Shown here one piece after another: positions 1-9,069 of a DNA stretch of 64,000 nt (positions are counted from its first letter, which is position 1; the number at the start of each line of letters is the position of its first letter). The stretch lies in contig JACPPH010000003.1 of the NCBI GenBank assembly GCA_016191105.1, forward strand, positions 15,492 to 79,491, read 5' to 3'. The position numbers and the translations under genes are program-made. The DNA is from Candidatus Saccharimonadota bacterium (GTDB lineage: Bacteria; Patescibacteriota; Saccharimonadia; CAILAD01; BJGX01). The notes under the pieces are model-generated. The model was not told the DNA's origin, did no database searches, and saw nothing but the letters and a program-made list of their open reading frames with translations.

Positions 1-218
1 ATTTCGGCCATTCGCCCCTCAATGGTTGAAAAAATTTTCTCTACATCTGATTCAGTATATTTGTATAAACCTTTATTGCTAGTATTTCCAAGTAGTCTAA
101 GATCATTCAAAATTTTGTTAGTTCTACTCTGCGCCATTCTCTCGAACCTGTCCCGCTTTGCCTCTTCTGTGTAAAGCTCTTTTCTATACGAACTTGTCTT
201 AATCTGGTTAGCTTTCAT
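1..218 (-). CDS. Hypothetical protein, partial (N-terminus at 218, continues past window start)
   Basis: Minus-strand ATG at 218-216 preceded by an in-frame TAG. Translation is MKANQIKTSSYRKELYTEEAKRDRFERMAQSRTNKILNDLRLLGN..., with no stop before the window edge. No clear SD and no recognisable family. Confidence 0.3.
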   Translation of the reverse strand, partial: MKANQIKTSSYRKELYTEEAKRDRFERMAQSRTNKILNDLRLLGNTSNKGLYKYTESDVEKIFSTIEGRMAE

Positions 219-448
219 AAACTATATATAGCATATAGTCTATATAATATGCAAGCCTTGTGGTTTGTATTTTAGCAACTAGTGTGGTAGATTAGTAGAA
301 ATATTAAATTGGAGGCGTGAGTGAAAAAGAAAATTCCAACTAAATAGCCGTCGCAGTGCAATGCGACGGCCAAAGAGTCAGTTTGGGTCTAACCAAATGC
401 TCTTTTTGTATTTTAACAAACAATTTATCAAGAAGGAAATAATAAAAA

Positions 449-760
449 ATGTTAACTGTGATCACAAATACACATCAATATAAATTTGAAGGGCCGTACG
501 ATGAAATACGGCCGTTGAAAAATGATTCTGGCGTCTACCTAATCAGCACACTAAACAATGCCGGGGGGCATGATGTAATTGATATTGGTGAATCATCCAC
601 AGTTCAGGATAGAGCATCAATGCATGATAGGGCCGACGATTGGCGGGCATGCATTAACAACGGATTATATTATTCAGCTTGCTATTGCGATGAAAACAAA
701 CGGATGGCTCTAGAAAAGGAGTTGCGAGCCTACTTTGACCCGCCCTGTGGGGATAGATAG
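449..760 (+). CDS. Small hypothetical protein (103 aa) with a GIY-YIG-like motif; convergent with the RM gene
   Basis: AAGGAAA lies about 10 nt upstream of the ATG. The motif S-GVYLIS-(10 aa)-VIDIGES-(5 aa)-R...E loosely resembles the GIY...YIG...R...E core of GIY-YIG nucleases, but the second Tyr is replaced by Asp. Cys-rich C-terminus. Low GC like the neighbouring RM gene. Confidence 0.35.
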   Translation: MLTVITNTHQYKFEGPYDEIRPLKNDSGVYLISTLNNAGGHDVIDIGESSTVQDRASMHDRADDWRACINNGLYYSACYCDENKRMALEKELRAYFDPPCGDR

Positions 761-761
761 G

Positions 762-3700
762 TTAAATCTTCCAGACCTTATCAATTTCTTTCATAATTCT
801 ATCTGTTTCTATTAGAGCTTTAATGATTTTTTGATAGTGTACAATATCGTCGTTTGTTAGAGTTCTGCCTTTCCGATCCTTGAGCCACTTTTGGGCTGGT
901 TGATAACCGCCAATGTAGAAGTTCCAGGCAGCTTCTGGCACACTTCCAAAATATTGATCTTTATTAATTGTTACCGTATTTGCCTTGTAAACGGTTGCTT
1001 CTTTTTCTTGCCCTTTCCAAAAAGTGCTGGTGTCGGCGGGCCAATATTTTACATCTTCTACTATGTTTGATCCTTGCTCAGGATAGGTGATTTCAAGCGT
1101 TTCAAGTAGTGATGAATTCATTAAATGAAGCTCACGAAGTTGCCCGCCAAGTTCAGCTAGTGCCCTAAATTGCTGATCATTATTGGGAATGGGTACCCTT
1201 GGGAAGTCCATCTTCAGAAATTCTTTATATTTTTCGCGATAACTTGTCGAGTGAAGTGTTGCGTAAATATAGTCAAACACCAATCTAACATCTGTCTTTG
1301 AATCAATGTTAACCATGAGTCTTTTTAACTCGTCCCTGTTAAAGTTATCATATCGATTTCCAGAATCGTCATAAGTGTAGAGGGGCATAACATAATTTAT
1401 ATCCAAAGAACTTATAAAGGTTGAGCCTGAGGTCATTAATGCAGAAATAAAAACAAAAGACCAATCAGCATTTTTATCTCTAGAGCGCCTTATTGTAACT
1501 AAACAATAGTTGTCCTTGCCGATCATGCTTTTCATAACTTTTAGTCTTGTGCGCTCAATTAGATTGGATTCAAAGTAAATAAGTCTACTGTCGAATAGCC
1601 TATAATCAATCGGGAGAATATTTGAATCTACAATCTCGTTGGTAGCTAGATATTCTCCACGTTTATCTTGGTTAGACTTTGCTGCCTCCAAGTTTTTTAC
1701 AAGCTCCTGCTCTGTAAACGCTATTAATACTTTATCGGCACCCGTTACAACCCCAACACTATTTATGCTAAACAAATCGCTTAGCCGTATGCCTTCGCGG
1801 TATGATTGTCCGATCTCTGAATCCTTTTCTTTTTTGAAATAAAACATCTCATTATCGGGCTTAATTTGCTGCCACGGTATCTTGTTGACATTCATCTCAG
1901 CAAATTTATCAGTTCTAGGGCCATACAAGTCAGAAAGATAAATCTGTGCGGACGCTTTGCTTCTGCCCCTCTTTACTGCGAGCAATATTGCTACTCCCTG
2001 CATTATGTCAAAAACATTTTCATCTATTCCGCCATCTGGCGAAACTTCCTTCTTCTTTGCATTGCCATGTAAATCTAAGATATAAATTTTGTCAAACGTT
2101 TCTGAGAAGTGCCATCTCATACCCCGAAATGTCGGGTTATCTAGATATGCGTGGTTTGTAATCATTGCAACTATACCCTCGCCATTTTTTTCGATCATTT
2201 CCTCTGCGAACGCAATAAACTTAACATAATCATCATTAATCCATTTAGGATTGCGCTCTTGTAGCTTAGATTTTCCACCAGGTTCTACTTTGTATTTATT
2301 TACCAAATCTAATGCAAAGTCTGTTTTATTTGAACTCTCACCACTATATGGAGGGTTGCCCACAATTACCATAATTGGCTTCTCATCTTTGACCTCTGCA
2401 GCCAATGCTGCTTCTTTGGTGACTTCACCAGCTAACCCAAAATTTGAAAACATATCGAGCTGGTTTTTAATGCCTTCTTCAAGTGTGTTGGTTAAGTATA
2501 GGCCTAGTCGTTCATTCAAATTTTCTACACCAGTTTCTTGCAAGGTCATGCCTAGCTTAAGGTGTGCAATTGTATAAGGTGCCATCATTAGTTCAAATCC
2601 ATAAAGGCGAGGAACAAGCTCTTGTTCTGCATAGCTGAGCCATCGGCCCTCTTGGCCCTTAAGCCCTGCGTAAATGTATTTGATAATTTCATTCAAAAAA
2701 GTTGCTGTTCCAACGGCGGGGTCAAGTATTTGGACTCTATGTAGATCTTTATAAGTTCTCTTCGGCTTAGTATTTAGCAAAAATCGCTTTTTAGTCGTGT
2801 CGGCCAACCCCCCAGCAAGGCCAAACTCCTCTTTCAAAATTTTATCAACTTGCCGAACAATAAATCTCACAACTGGAATCGGAGTATAATATGCTCCCAT
2901 TTTTTTCCGTTCTTCAGGATCATATTCCTTCAAGAAGTCCTCGTAGAAGTGAATTATTGGGTCTTTACCGTCATGATTAAGGTCGGTCAACTTAAGATGC
3001 TTATGGACAATATCTTTTACGTCACTAACAGAAAAAACCTCACACAGCTCGTCGACGATATAGGCCAATCGTTTGTCAAAGTGCGGCCCAACAATATGGT
3101 CAAAAAACTCACGTAAAAACGGATTGGTGTCTGGCACCAAATCACGAGCTTCCTGTCGAGTAAAGCTGGCTGGTGTGTCATCATTATAACGAGCCACAAA
3201 CAAGCCATATACTAATGTCTGGGCGTACATGTCGGCAAATTTTTCGTGGCTTAAGTCATGCACCAAGAGTGACTTGATCATGTTATAAATTTTTTCTAGC
3301 TCTGCACTCTTTTCATCTTCACTATCTAGATAGGCTGAGACATTATCTCTAATACGACGTGCCTTTGCACCCATTATCAGTGCTAACCGCTTGCCACTTT
3401 TTATTTTTTCTGGTGCTTGTTCCAAGAATGCCTTAAGTTCGTTTTCCAAATAAGAAAAGTTCGAAGAATCGAGCTCAATTTGGCCATCATCAATAGCACC
3501 AATTCCTATTGTCTGATATTTTTCGCCGTTTTTATAAAACCTAAATTCAAGCGAGTTTGTAAGAAATAAGTTGTCGTAACCAGCGTAGCGATGTAGTTGG
3601 TTTGTTTTCTCGACCCTATCTAGGTCTGTGTCGATATCTTTGGCTTCTGCATAACCCAAGACCACACTATTATTTGATCTTTTCAAGAAAATAAAGTCCG

Positions 3701-3863
3701 GGTTTCCAAATTCAGAGCGTTTAGGGTCATTAACACCAATCGTACCTGGGAAGCTCGACATAAGCCGCTCTAGAGCTGGTCTATAGGCATGCTCGCGAGC
3801 ATGGCCAGTCTGATATGCAGACTTAACTTCTTGAATGTATCTTTCTATTTGATTTTCTGGCAT
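762..3863 (-). CDS. Type IIL (MmeI/Eco57I-like) restriction endonuclease / N6-adenine DNA methyltransferase fusion enzyme
   Basis: 1033-aa ORF. The N-terminal PD-(D/E)xK-like nuclease motif is PDFIFL...YAEAK. Gamma-class amino-MTase motif I (ILDPAVGTATFLNE) and motif IV (VIVGNPPYSGE) are present, followed by a long C-terminal region consistent with a target-recognition domain. Local GC is about 40-42%, below the backbone. Confidence 0.8.
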   Translation of the reverse strand: MPENQIERYIQEVKSAYQTGHAREHAYRPALERLMSSFPGTIGVNDPKRSEFGNPDFIFLKRSNNSVVLGYAEAKDIDTDLDRVEKTNQLHRYAGYDNLFLTNSLEFRFYKNGEKYQTIGIGAIDDGQIELDSSNFSYLENELKAFLEQAPEKIKSGKRLALIMGAKARRIRDNVSAYLDSEDEKSAELEKIYNMIKSLLVHDLSHEKFADMYAQTLVYGLFVARYNDDTPASFTRQEARDLVPDTNPFLREFFDHIVGPHFDKRLAYIVDELCEVFSVSDVKDIVHKHLKLTDLNHDGKDPIIHFYEDFLKEYDPEERKKMGAYYTPIPVVRFIVRQVDKILKEEFGLAGGLADTTKKRFLLNTKPKRTYKDLHRVQILDPAVGTATFLNEIIKYIYAGLKGQEGRWLSYAEQELVPRLYGFELMMAPYTIAHLKLGMTLQETGVENLNERLGLYLTNTLEEGIKNQLDMFSNFGLAGEVTKEAALAAEVKDEKPIMVIVGNPPYSGESSNKTDFALDLVNKYKVEPGGKSKLQERNPKWINDDYVKFIAFAEEMIEKNGEGIVAMITNHAYLDNPTFRGMRWHFSETFDKIYILDLHGNAKKKEVSPDGGIDENVFDIMQGVAILLAVKRGRSKASAQIYLSDLYGPRTDKFAEMNVNKIPWQQIKPDNEMFYFKKEKDSEIGQSYREGIRLSDLFSINSVGVVTGADKVLIAFTEQELVKNLEAAKSNQDKRGEYLATNEIVDSNILPIDYRLFDSRLIYFESNLIERTRLKVMKSMIGKDNYCLVTIRRSRDKNADWSFVFISALMTSGSTFISSLDINYVMPLYTYDDSGNRYDNFNRDELKRLMVNIDSKTDVRLVFDYIYATLHSTSYREKYKEFLKMDFPRVPIPNNDQQFRALAELGGQLRELHLMNSSLLETLEITYPEQGSNIVEDVKYWPADTSTFWKGQEKEATVYKANTVTINKDQYFGSVPEAAWNFYIGGYQPAQKWLKDRKGRTLTNDDIVHYQKIIKALIETDRIMKEIDKVWKI

Positions 3864-3977
3864 GCTAGTCTAATTCTACGCTTTTTGATCGGTAAATTCC
3901 AGATCGGGTTGACGCAAAAAGCTGTGCAGGCGTATGCTTAGGCTGTCCTTAACAACCCGAGGCTCTAAGGAGGCCAC

Positions 3978-4352
3978 ATGGACGAAGCTCCGCTAGGTCC
4001 CCTGCCGGGGACAATGCACATCTACCACTGGCGCGAAGAGGGCAAGCCGGTGCTAGACGTTTGGTTTGTTCGGCCTGTACGGCTCAGAGGTATTGGCGAC
4101 CCTCGATTGAGAGAGTTCGGCGAGCACTACCTGGACTACTACACGCCCAGTGCCCCCAGGTTCCGACCCAGTCACTTCGACACCGTCGAGGGCATCGACG
4201 GCCTGCGTGATTGGCTGAATGCCAACGACTTCTTCGCCAAGAAGTGCAACGAAGTCGTTGCGGCCGTAACCATCTGCTGGTTCATCACCATCTCAGACGA
4301 GTCCGACACCCAACCCATCAAGCCTCAGAGCCCACACGAGCGCCCTGCCTGA
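3978..4352 (+). CDS. Hypothetical protein (124 aa) on a GC-rich (~60%) island
   Basis: Canonical AGGAGG SD 7 nt upstream of the ATG, strong GC3 bias, no recognisable domain. Divergent from the RM gene. Confidence 0.5.
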   Translation: MDEAPLGPLPGTMHIYHWREEGKPVLDVWFVRPVRLRGIGDPRLREFGEHYLDYYTPSAPRFRPSHFDTVEGIDGLRDWLNANDFFAKKCNEVVAAVTICWFITISDESDTQPIKPQSPHERPA

Positions 4353-4373
4353 GCTCACAACATGCGATCTACC

Positions 4374-4414
4374 AAGAAGCGACCCTTGCTTTCTGGCGGG
4401 TCGCTTCTTGATTT
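4374..4414 (+). terminator. Stem-loop terminator-like element after the GC-rich ORF
   Basis: gaagcgaccc...gggtcgcttc makes a 10-bp inverted repeat, followed by cttgattt (weak T-run). Confidence 0.4.
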
Positions 4415-4512
4415 AAACTAGATTAGGCTTATCGATTAGTATGTCTATGCATTGGCTTTGGCCCCATAATGAGCATGCGATCGAATGGCGCCGGAATGTT
4501 GTTGTCGCGGGC

Positions 4513-4908
4513 TTACTGCACCAGCGCCAGGTGTTGAGCTTTAATAGCTGCTTGCCGGTCTTGAGATGACTTGTCTTTAAGGCTATCGGCAAAGCTTTTG
4601 AGCTCATCGACCTTTTGCAAAATAGCCGATTTTTGAGCCTCGCTAAGATTGCCATCTTTAACGGCTTGAGTTAGGCGCGCTTCGAGCTTGGCCCGGCGGT
4701 CTTGTTGCTTTTCGGCCCGAAAGTCTTGAACCCGGCTTTGCACGTCGTCGTGATTGAGGTGAAAAGCCGAAGCAATTTTATCTACTAGGTTGGGCTTGTG
4801 CTCAGAGCTGTTGGCCGCCATGGCCGGCACTGCTCCGGCTAGCAACATTACACTAGCAGCTATAGCCACGGCAGTGACTTTGGCTGATTTTTTGAGTTTA
4901 GACTTCAT
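4513..4908 (-). CDS. Secreted hypothetical protein (131 aa) with Sec signal peptide
   Basis: GGGGAG SD. The N-terminus MKSKLKKSAKVTAVAIAASVMLLAGAVPAMA-AN is a typical signal peptide with an AxA site. The mature part is Lys/Gln/Ala-rich and helical. Confidence 0.55.
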   Translation of the reverse strand: MKSKLKKSAKVTAVAIAASVMLLAGAVPAMAANSSEHKPNLVDKIASAFHLNHDDVQSRVQDFRAEKQQDRRAKLEARLTQAVKDGNLSEAQKSAILQKVDELKSFADSLKDKSSQDRQAAIKAQHLALVQ

Positions 4909-5042
4909 AATTAAGCTCCCCGTTAAGCTGTGTGGTCATAATAACTAGCTAACCGCTGGTCTGTGACATTACTGATCATGATTGACTCCGCCAGACCAAC
5001 AGGTATAGCATGGGTGTATAAAATAATGAGGAGTAACTAACA

Positions 5043-5603
5043 ATGGCAAAAGCAGTCGCTGTCGACATGACACCAGGCCTCCAAGAACCAACTTGGGTTT
5101 CGGTAGTCAAAGGCGTGGTGTTTGTACTGTTTGGGCTAACCGCTCTGGCTTGGCCGGCAATTACGCTGGTGAACTTGGCCTGGGTGTTTGCCCTATATAT
5201 ATTAGTAATCGGGGTAGTTGAGCTAGTAAGCGGCATAATCTATGCCGGCAAACAAGACTTTTGGTGGCTCAAGCTCCTAATGGGTGCGCTAAGCATTGGC
5301 GTGGGCGTATACTTGCTGCGAGCTGATAGTGTGGTGCAACTCTCAACCTTCCTGTTTGTGGTTGGTTTTGTGTTGATCTTTCGCGGCGTGCTCGAGGTCG
5401 TGTTCGCTTTTAACCGCGCAATCGAAGGTTCCACTCGAGCTCTGCTCGCAATCGTGGGTATAATCAGCGTATTGGCTGGTTTTGTAATCTTACGCCAGCC
5501 GGTCGCTGCCGGCGTAGCTTTTACCTGGGTCTTGGGCTTGTACGCGTTAATTTCTGGTCCAATCATTATTGGCATGGCCATCGCGCACCATCACAACTCT
5601 TAG
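5043..5603 (+). CDS. HdeD-family (DUF308) acid-resistance-type membrane protein
   Basis: 186 aa with six hydrophobic helices and the repeated G-x6-G pattern characteristic of DUF308/HdeD. Confidence 0.5.
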   Translation: MAKAVAVDMTPGLQEPTWVSVVKGVVFVLFGLTALAWPAITLVNLAWVFALYILVIGVVELVSGIIYAGKQDFWWLKLLMGALSIGVGVYLLRADSVVQLSTFLFVVGFVLIFRGVLEVVFAFNRAIEGSTRALLAIVGIISVLAGFVILRQPVAAGVAFTWVLGLYALISGPIIIGMAIAHHHNS

Positions 5604-5611
5604 GCAAAACA

Positions 5612-5652
5612 ATCAAAAAACACAGCTTTTATTACAAGGCTGTGTTTTTTGA
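5612..5652. terminator. Bidirectional rho-independent terminator between convergent genes
   Basis: aaaaaa-cacagc-(loop)-gctgtg-tttttt. A-run and T-run flank a GC stem. Confidence 0.6.
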
Positions 5653-6288
5653 TTAGTCCACTTTCACGGGAGCGGTAAACAGTCGCATAAAAACTGGCGC
5701 CAGGGCAAATAGCAAAAATGCCCAGGTGCCCACAAAGATCGAAAGCACCACGGTTGCAGCCGATATAAGTAGAAAAACTACGTTGCGCTGCTCACCATTC
5801 ACTATCTCTGGCTTGTCGAGGTTTGCCTTAAGCTGCTTATCAAGTTTGGTGGCGTAGCTCCACTGCCACCAGCTAATGAGGGCAAGAAAGAAAAAGTTTA
5901 GTGGGAACAACACGCGAGCTATTAGTAGATTTGGATAGGCTCCAGCCAGGCTGGTGGTAAAAGGTATAAACACCACGGCCAGCAAACGCAGGGTGTTGAT
6001 CATAGTAAAGTGGCGATCGGCAACATGAAAGTGCTCAAATTGCCGTACGTGCACCGCCCACATGCTGCCAAGCAGCAAAAAACTAACCACAAAGCTAACA
6101 ACATTACTTTGCATGCCTCTTAATGCCTGCATTAATCCTGTATTTGTGACTTGCCCAACAATCTCTGGCACTTTCAAGTCGAGCACCAAAAGGGTCATAG
6201 CAATGGCAAACACGCCGTCGGTTAGGGCCTCAAGTCGTCGGGTCGAAAAGGTTTGCTTATCATTCTCTGCTAATAGGGCTTTGCTCAT
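5653..6288 (-). CDS. TMEM175/DUF1211-family potassium-channel-like membrane protein
   Basis: N-terminal RLEALTDGVFAIAMTLLVLDL matches the RxxxFSDGVFAIAxTLLVL signature of DUF1211/TMEM175. Polytopic. Confidence 0.6.
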   Translation of the reverse strand: MSKALLAENDKQTFSTRRLEALTDGVFAIAMTLLVLDLKVPEIVGQVTNTGLMQALRGMQSNVVSFVVSFLLLGSMWAVHVRQFEHFHVADRHFTMINTLRLLAVVFIPFTTSLAGAYPNLLIARVLFPLNFFFLALISWWQWSYATKLDKQLKANLDKPEIVNGEQRNVVFLLISAATVVLSIFVGTWAFLLFALAPVFMRLFTAPVKVD

Positions 6289-6342
6289 ACATATTAGTAT
6301 AACAAATTGCCGTTTGTAGCGTCTTGGTTGTAAAATAAAATC

Positions 6343-7371
6343 ATGCTAAAGATCTTCGATCGCTCGCGCCGCAGCAACGAAAAAATTGCCGAAACAATCT
6401 TTGTCCCCACAATTGTACTTGCCTCACTGCTTAGCCTGTTGGCATTCTGGCACAAATCTACCATCAAAATAGTTGGCCCGGATTCGATTGGCTTGGCAAT
6501 GCTGGTAGCTGGAATTGTAATCTGTTTGTTAGTTTTTCCGCCGGTTTATATATATGGCGTAAACCACGGCCAAGAGCGACTCAGCAATAAACAGCTGATA
6601 TTTAATGTGATCACCCTTACCATTGCCTCAGCCATCATGATCGCCATGGTAACTGCCATTGGCGTGTGGCTGTTTAACGCCGCCTTTCAAGACCTAGGGC
6701 TCGACAAATACACCTCTTCGATAATTGTCGGCACTTATTCGGCCGGCCTGGTGTATGTGCTGGTGCCAGCCGCAATTGCCATGAATACCAAGCGGATAGT
6801 TAGTATGTTCTCGGTGGTAATGATCTCTGGCGTAATGCTAAGCATGATCACGGCTGGTAACCCACTCTGGTGGCAAGAGAACTTCAGCTCACTCGGCACT
6901 CAAAGTGGCCTGAGCGCTCTTGCCTTCAACTTTACGCTCATTCTATCAGGCTTTATTTTGATCACCCTCAGCTCGCATATGCTCGAAGATGTTAAGCTAA
7001 TAAAGCACGGGCCTAAAAACAAGCCGAATATTAAGCTATTAAAGATTTTGTTTATATTTGTGGGCCTTTGCATGGCCGGCGTGGGGTTCTTTCCCTACGA
7101 TCGTGCGCCCCTCCTGCATAACCTTTCGGCCTACTCGATGGTGCTTGGCTTTGGCGTGATTGTGCTTGGCTTAAAGAAGATACTGCCTTTTATAGACGCG
7201 GCTTTTCTAACCAACTCTTATTTTGCACTTGGAGCCATCTTGATCAGCTACATATTATTTAGTAGAGTTGGTTATCTCAACCTAACAGCTTTCGAAATGC
7301 TAGCTTTTGGTATTACCTTCGCCTGGCTACTCATGTTTACCCGCAAGGTTAGTAGCTACATGGCTAGCTAG
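6343..7371 (+). CDS. Polytopic integral membrane protein, unknown function
   Basis: 342 aa with about 9-10 hydrophobic helices and no recognisable motif. Confidence 0.45.
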   Translation: MLKIFDRSRRSNEKIAETIFVPTIVLASLLSLLAFWHKSTIKIVGPDSIGLAMLVAGIVICLLVFPPVYIYGVNHGQERLSNKQLIFNVITLTIASAIMIAMVTAIGVWLFNAAFQDLGLDKYTSSIIVGTYSAGLVYVLVPAAIAMNTKRIVSMFSVVMISGVMLSMITAGNPLWWQENFSSLGTQSGLSALAFNFTLILSGFILITLSSHMLEDVKLIKHGPKNKPNIKLLKILFIFVGLCMAGVGFFPYDRAPLLHNLSAYSMVLGFGVIVLGLKKILPFIDAAFLTNSYFALGAILISYILFSRVGYLNLTAFEMLAFGITFAWLLMFTRKVSSYMAS

Positions 7372-7912
7372 CAGCCTTTTTGGTATCGCCGTCGCAGGTG
7401 TTGGGACTCCAAAAGCCTTTTTGTTCAGATTTAGCCAGCGCTTGAGCAGCTTTAAACTGAGCCTGATATTTGTAGGGTTGGCTCTGGTAGGTATATTCGT
7501 GGGCAAAGCCTTCGGCTATCATATATTGATTATACAGGCTACCATCTGGCAACCAGACATAAGCTAGGCGCCGATTGTATTTGTCGACTTCACCAGCCAA
7601 GGTGTCAGACTCAAGACGCACACTTTTGCCATCCATGAGTTCATGGCCTTTGGCGCTGGCCTCGCGGCCAAAGCACTGCACAGGCTTGCGCGGGTCAACC
7701 ACCTCTGGTGTGTCCATGCCAATCAAACGAACGGTCTCGGTTTTGCCATTTATTACCACCTCAATGGTGTCGCCATCGACTACTTTTTTTACTTGGTAGG
7801 TGTTGGCCTGTCCTGATGTTTTGCTGGTATTGACCCGAAACTGAACATAAGCTCCATATATCAATAAAGTACCCACCACCACAAGACCCAAAGCTTTTAC
7901 TATCTTTTTCAA
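7364..7912 (-). CDS. Thermonuclease (staphylococcal nuclease/SNase family), membrane-anchored or secreted
   Basis: VVDGDTIEV...VRLIGMDTPE plus downstream Arg/Glu residues give the classic SNase Ca-binding and catalytic motifs. N-terminal TM/signal. Confidence 0.85.
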   Translation of the reverse strand: MKKIVKALGLVVVGTLLIYGAYVQFRVNTSKTSGQANTYQVKKVVDGDTIEVVINGKTETVRLIGMDTPEVVDPRKPVQCFGREASAKGHELMDGKSVRLESDTLAGEVDKYNRRLAYVWLPDGSLYNQYMIAEGFAHEYTYQSQPYKYQAQFKAAQALAKSEQKGFWSPNTCDGDTKKAAS

Positions 7913-7920
7913 ATCTTCTC

Positions 7921-9069
7921 CTAAACCTTACTAAAGCTAACACGTTCTGGATCTGAATATAGCAGATTGGGACGGCGGCGCAAATAGATGCTTTCTAAAA
8001 CACCAATACTAACCAACATCACCAACATGCTGCTACCACCAGCCGATATGAATGGCAACGGAATGCCAGTAACCGGCATTATACCCATGTTCATGCCAAT
8101 ATTTATAAGCACATGGAACAGCAGCATGGCAGCCACCCCAACTGCAAAGAAGCTGCCAAAATAATCTGGTGCAGCCCTAGCAATCATAAGGGCTCGAAAA
8201 ATCAAAACTACAAAAATCAGAATCGCCAGGCCTGCCCCCACAAAACCAAGCTTTTCACTCAGAACAGCAAATATAAAATCAGTTTGTTGGCTGGGTAAAA
8301 AGTTACCCTCACTTTGTGACCCAGCCGTTAAGCCCTGCCCCCACACACCGCCTGAGCCAACCGCAATTATAGCTTGATTCACATTATAACCAGTTGTAGC
8401 GGGGTTAGCAGTCGGGTTAATGAATGTCTCGAGCCGTTGCTTCTGATACGGAGCTAGATACTGATAAGCAAAGGGCAGTACAATTAAGGCCGCTGCAACT
8501 AAGGCAATGACATAGCGCTTGGGCACTTTACTGGCTAGAACCATACTTAGCCAAATTGCTACAAACACCAGTGCTGTGCCCAAATCCGGCTGCGCTAAAA
8601 CCAGAGCCAGCGGAATCAAAAGTAGCGCCACCGAAAACATTAGATAGCGCACCTGCCGCAAACTGACATAGTACTTCGAAAAAAACCAGGCAAAGAAAAT
8701 AATCAAAAAAAGCTTAGCAAATTCAGATGGCTGGAACTGAAAGAAACCAAGGTTGATCCAACGAGTTGCCCCGAGCCTATTAGCCCCAAATACAGCCACA
8801 AAAAGTAGCGTAACAAGCATCAACCCATACAGCATAGGTGCATAATCTCGCAATACCCTGTAATCAAGCCGGCTCACACCAAAAAGCAACCCCAGGCCCA
8901 CCAATACATATATAATCTGGCGACTAGTATCGAGCTGAGTTGGTGTAACCTCGCTGCGTAGACCCGAGGAATACAATACTGTTAGCCCTAGTGCGGTTAG
9001 CAACAAAGTGCAAACCAGTAACACCAGGTCGTAATGGGCAAAAAACGATAATTTACTGGATTTTTTCAT
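7921..9069 (-). CDS. SEDS-family peptidoglycan polymerase (FtsW/RodA)
   Basis: 10-TM protein with SEDS motifs (FQPSEFAKL, GSGGVWGQGL, NFLPSQQTDFIFA). Overlaps ileS by 17 nt. Confidence 0.85.
   Translation of the reverse strand: MKKSSKLSFFAHYDLVLLVCTLLLTALGLTVLYSSGLRSEVTPTQLDTSRQIIYVLVGLGLLFGVSRLDYRVLRDYAPMLYGLMLVTLLFVAVFGANRLGATRWINLGFFQFQPSEFAKLFLIIFFAWFFSKYYVSLRQVRYLMFSVALLLIPLALVLAQPDLGTALVFVAIWLSMVLASKVPKRYVIALVAAALIVLPFAYQYLAPYQKQRLETFINPTANPATTGYNVNQAIIAVGSGGVWGQGLTAGSQSEGNFLPSQQTDFIFAVLSEKLGFVGAGLAILIFVVLIFRALMIARAAPDYFGSFFAVGVAAMLLFHVLINIGMNMGIMPVTGIPLPFISAGGSSMLVMLVSIGVLESIYLRRRPNLLYSDPERVSFSKV

Noticed and set aside
297-390. SD-led 8-codon mini-ORF (GGAGG-GTG-KKKIPTK-stop) followed by a perfect 9-bp hairpin (gccgtcgca-gtgcaa-tgcgacggc) upstream of the 103-aa ORF
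   Set aside because: No U-run after the hairpin and no recognisable riboswitch or leader-peptide logic. Noted only as an unexplained structured element.
1639-3208. Several 60-110-aa plus-strand ORFs inside the restriction-modification gene, and similar internal ORFs inside ileS, ftsZ, ftsA, recJ, infB and the lnt genes
   Set aside because: They sit inside or antisense to long, motif-validated genes.
4976-5581. Two minus-strand ORFs (86 and 113 aa) antisense to the HdeD-like gene, and 4413-4655 antisense to the secreted-protein gene
   Set aside because: They overlap well-supported membrane or secreted-protein genes on the other strand, have low-complexity translations and no RBS.
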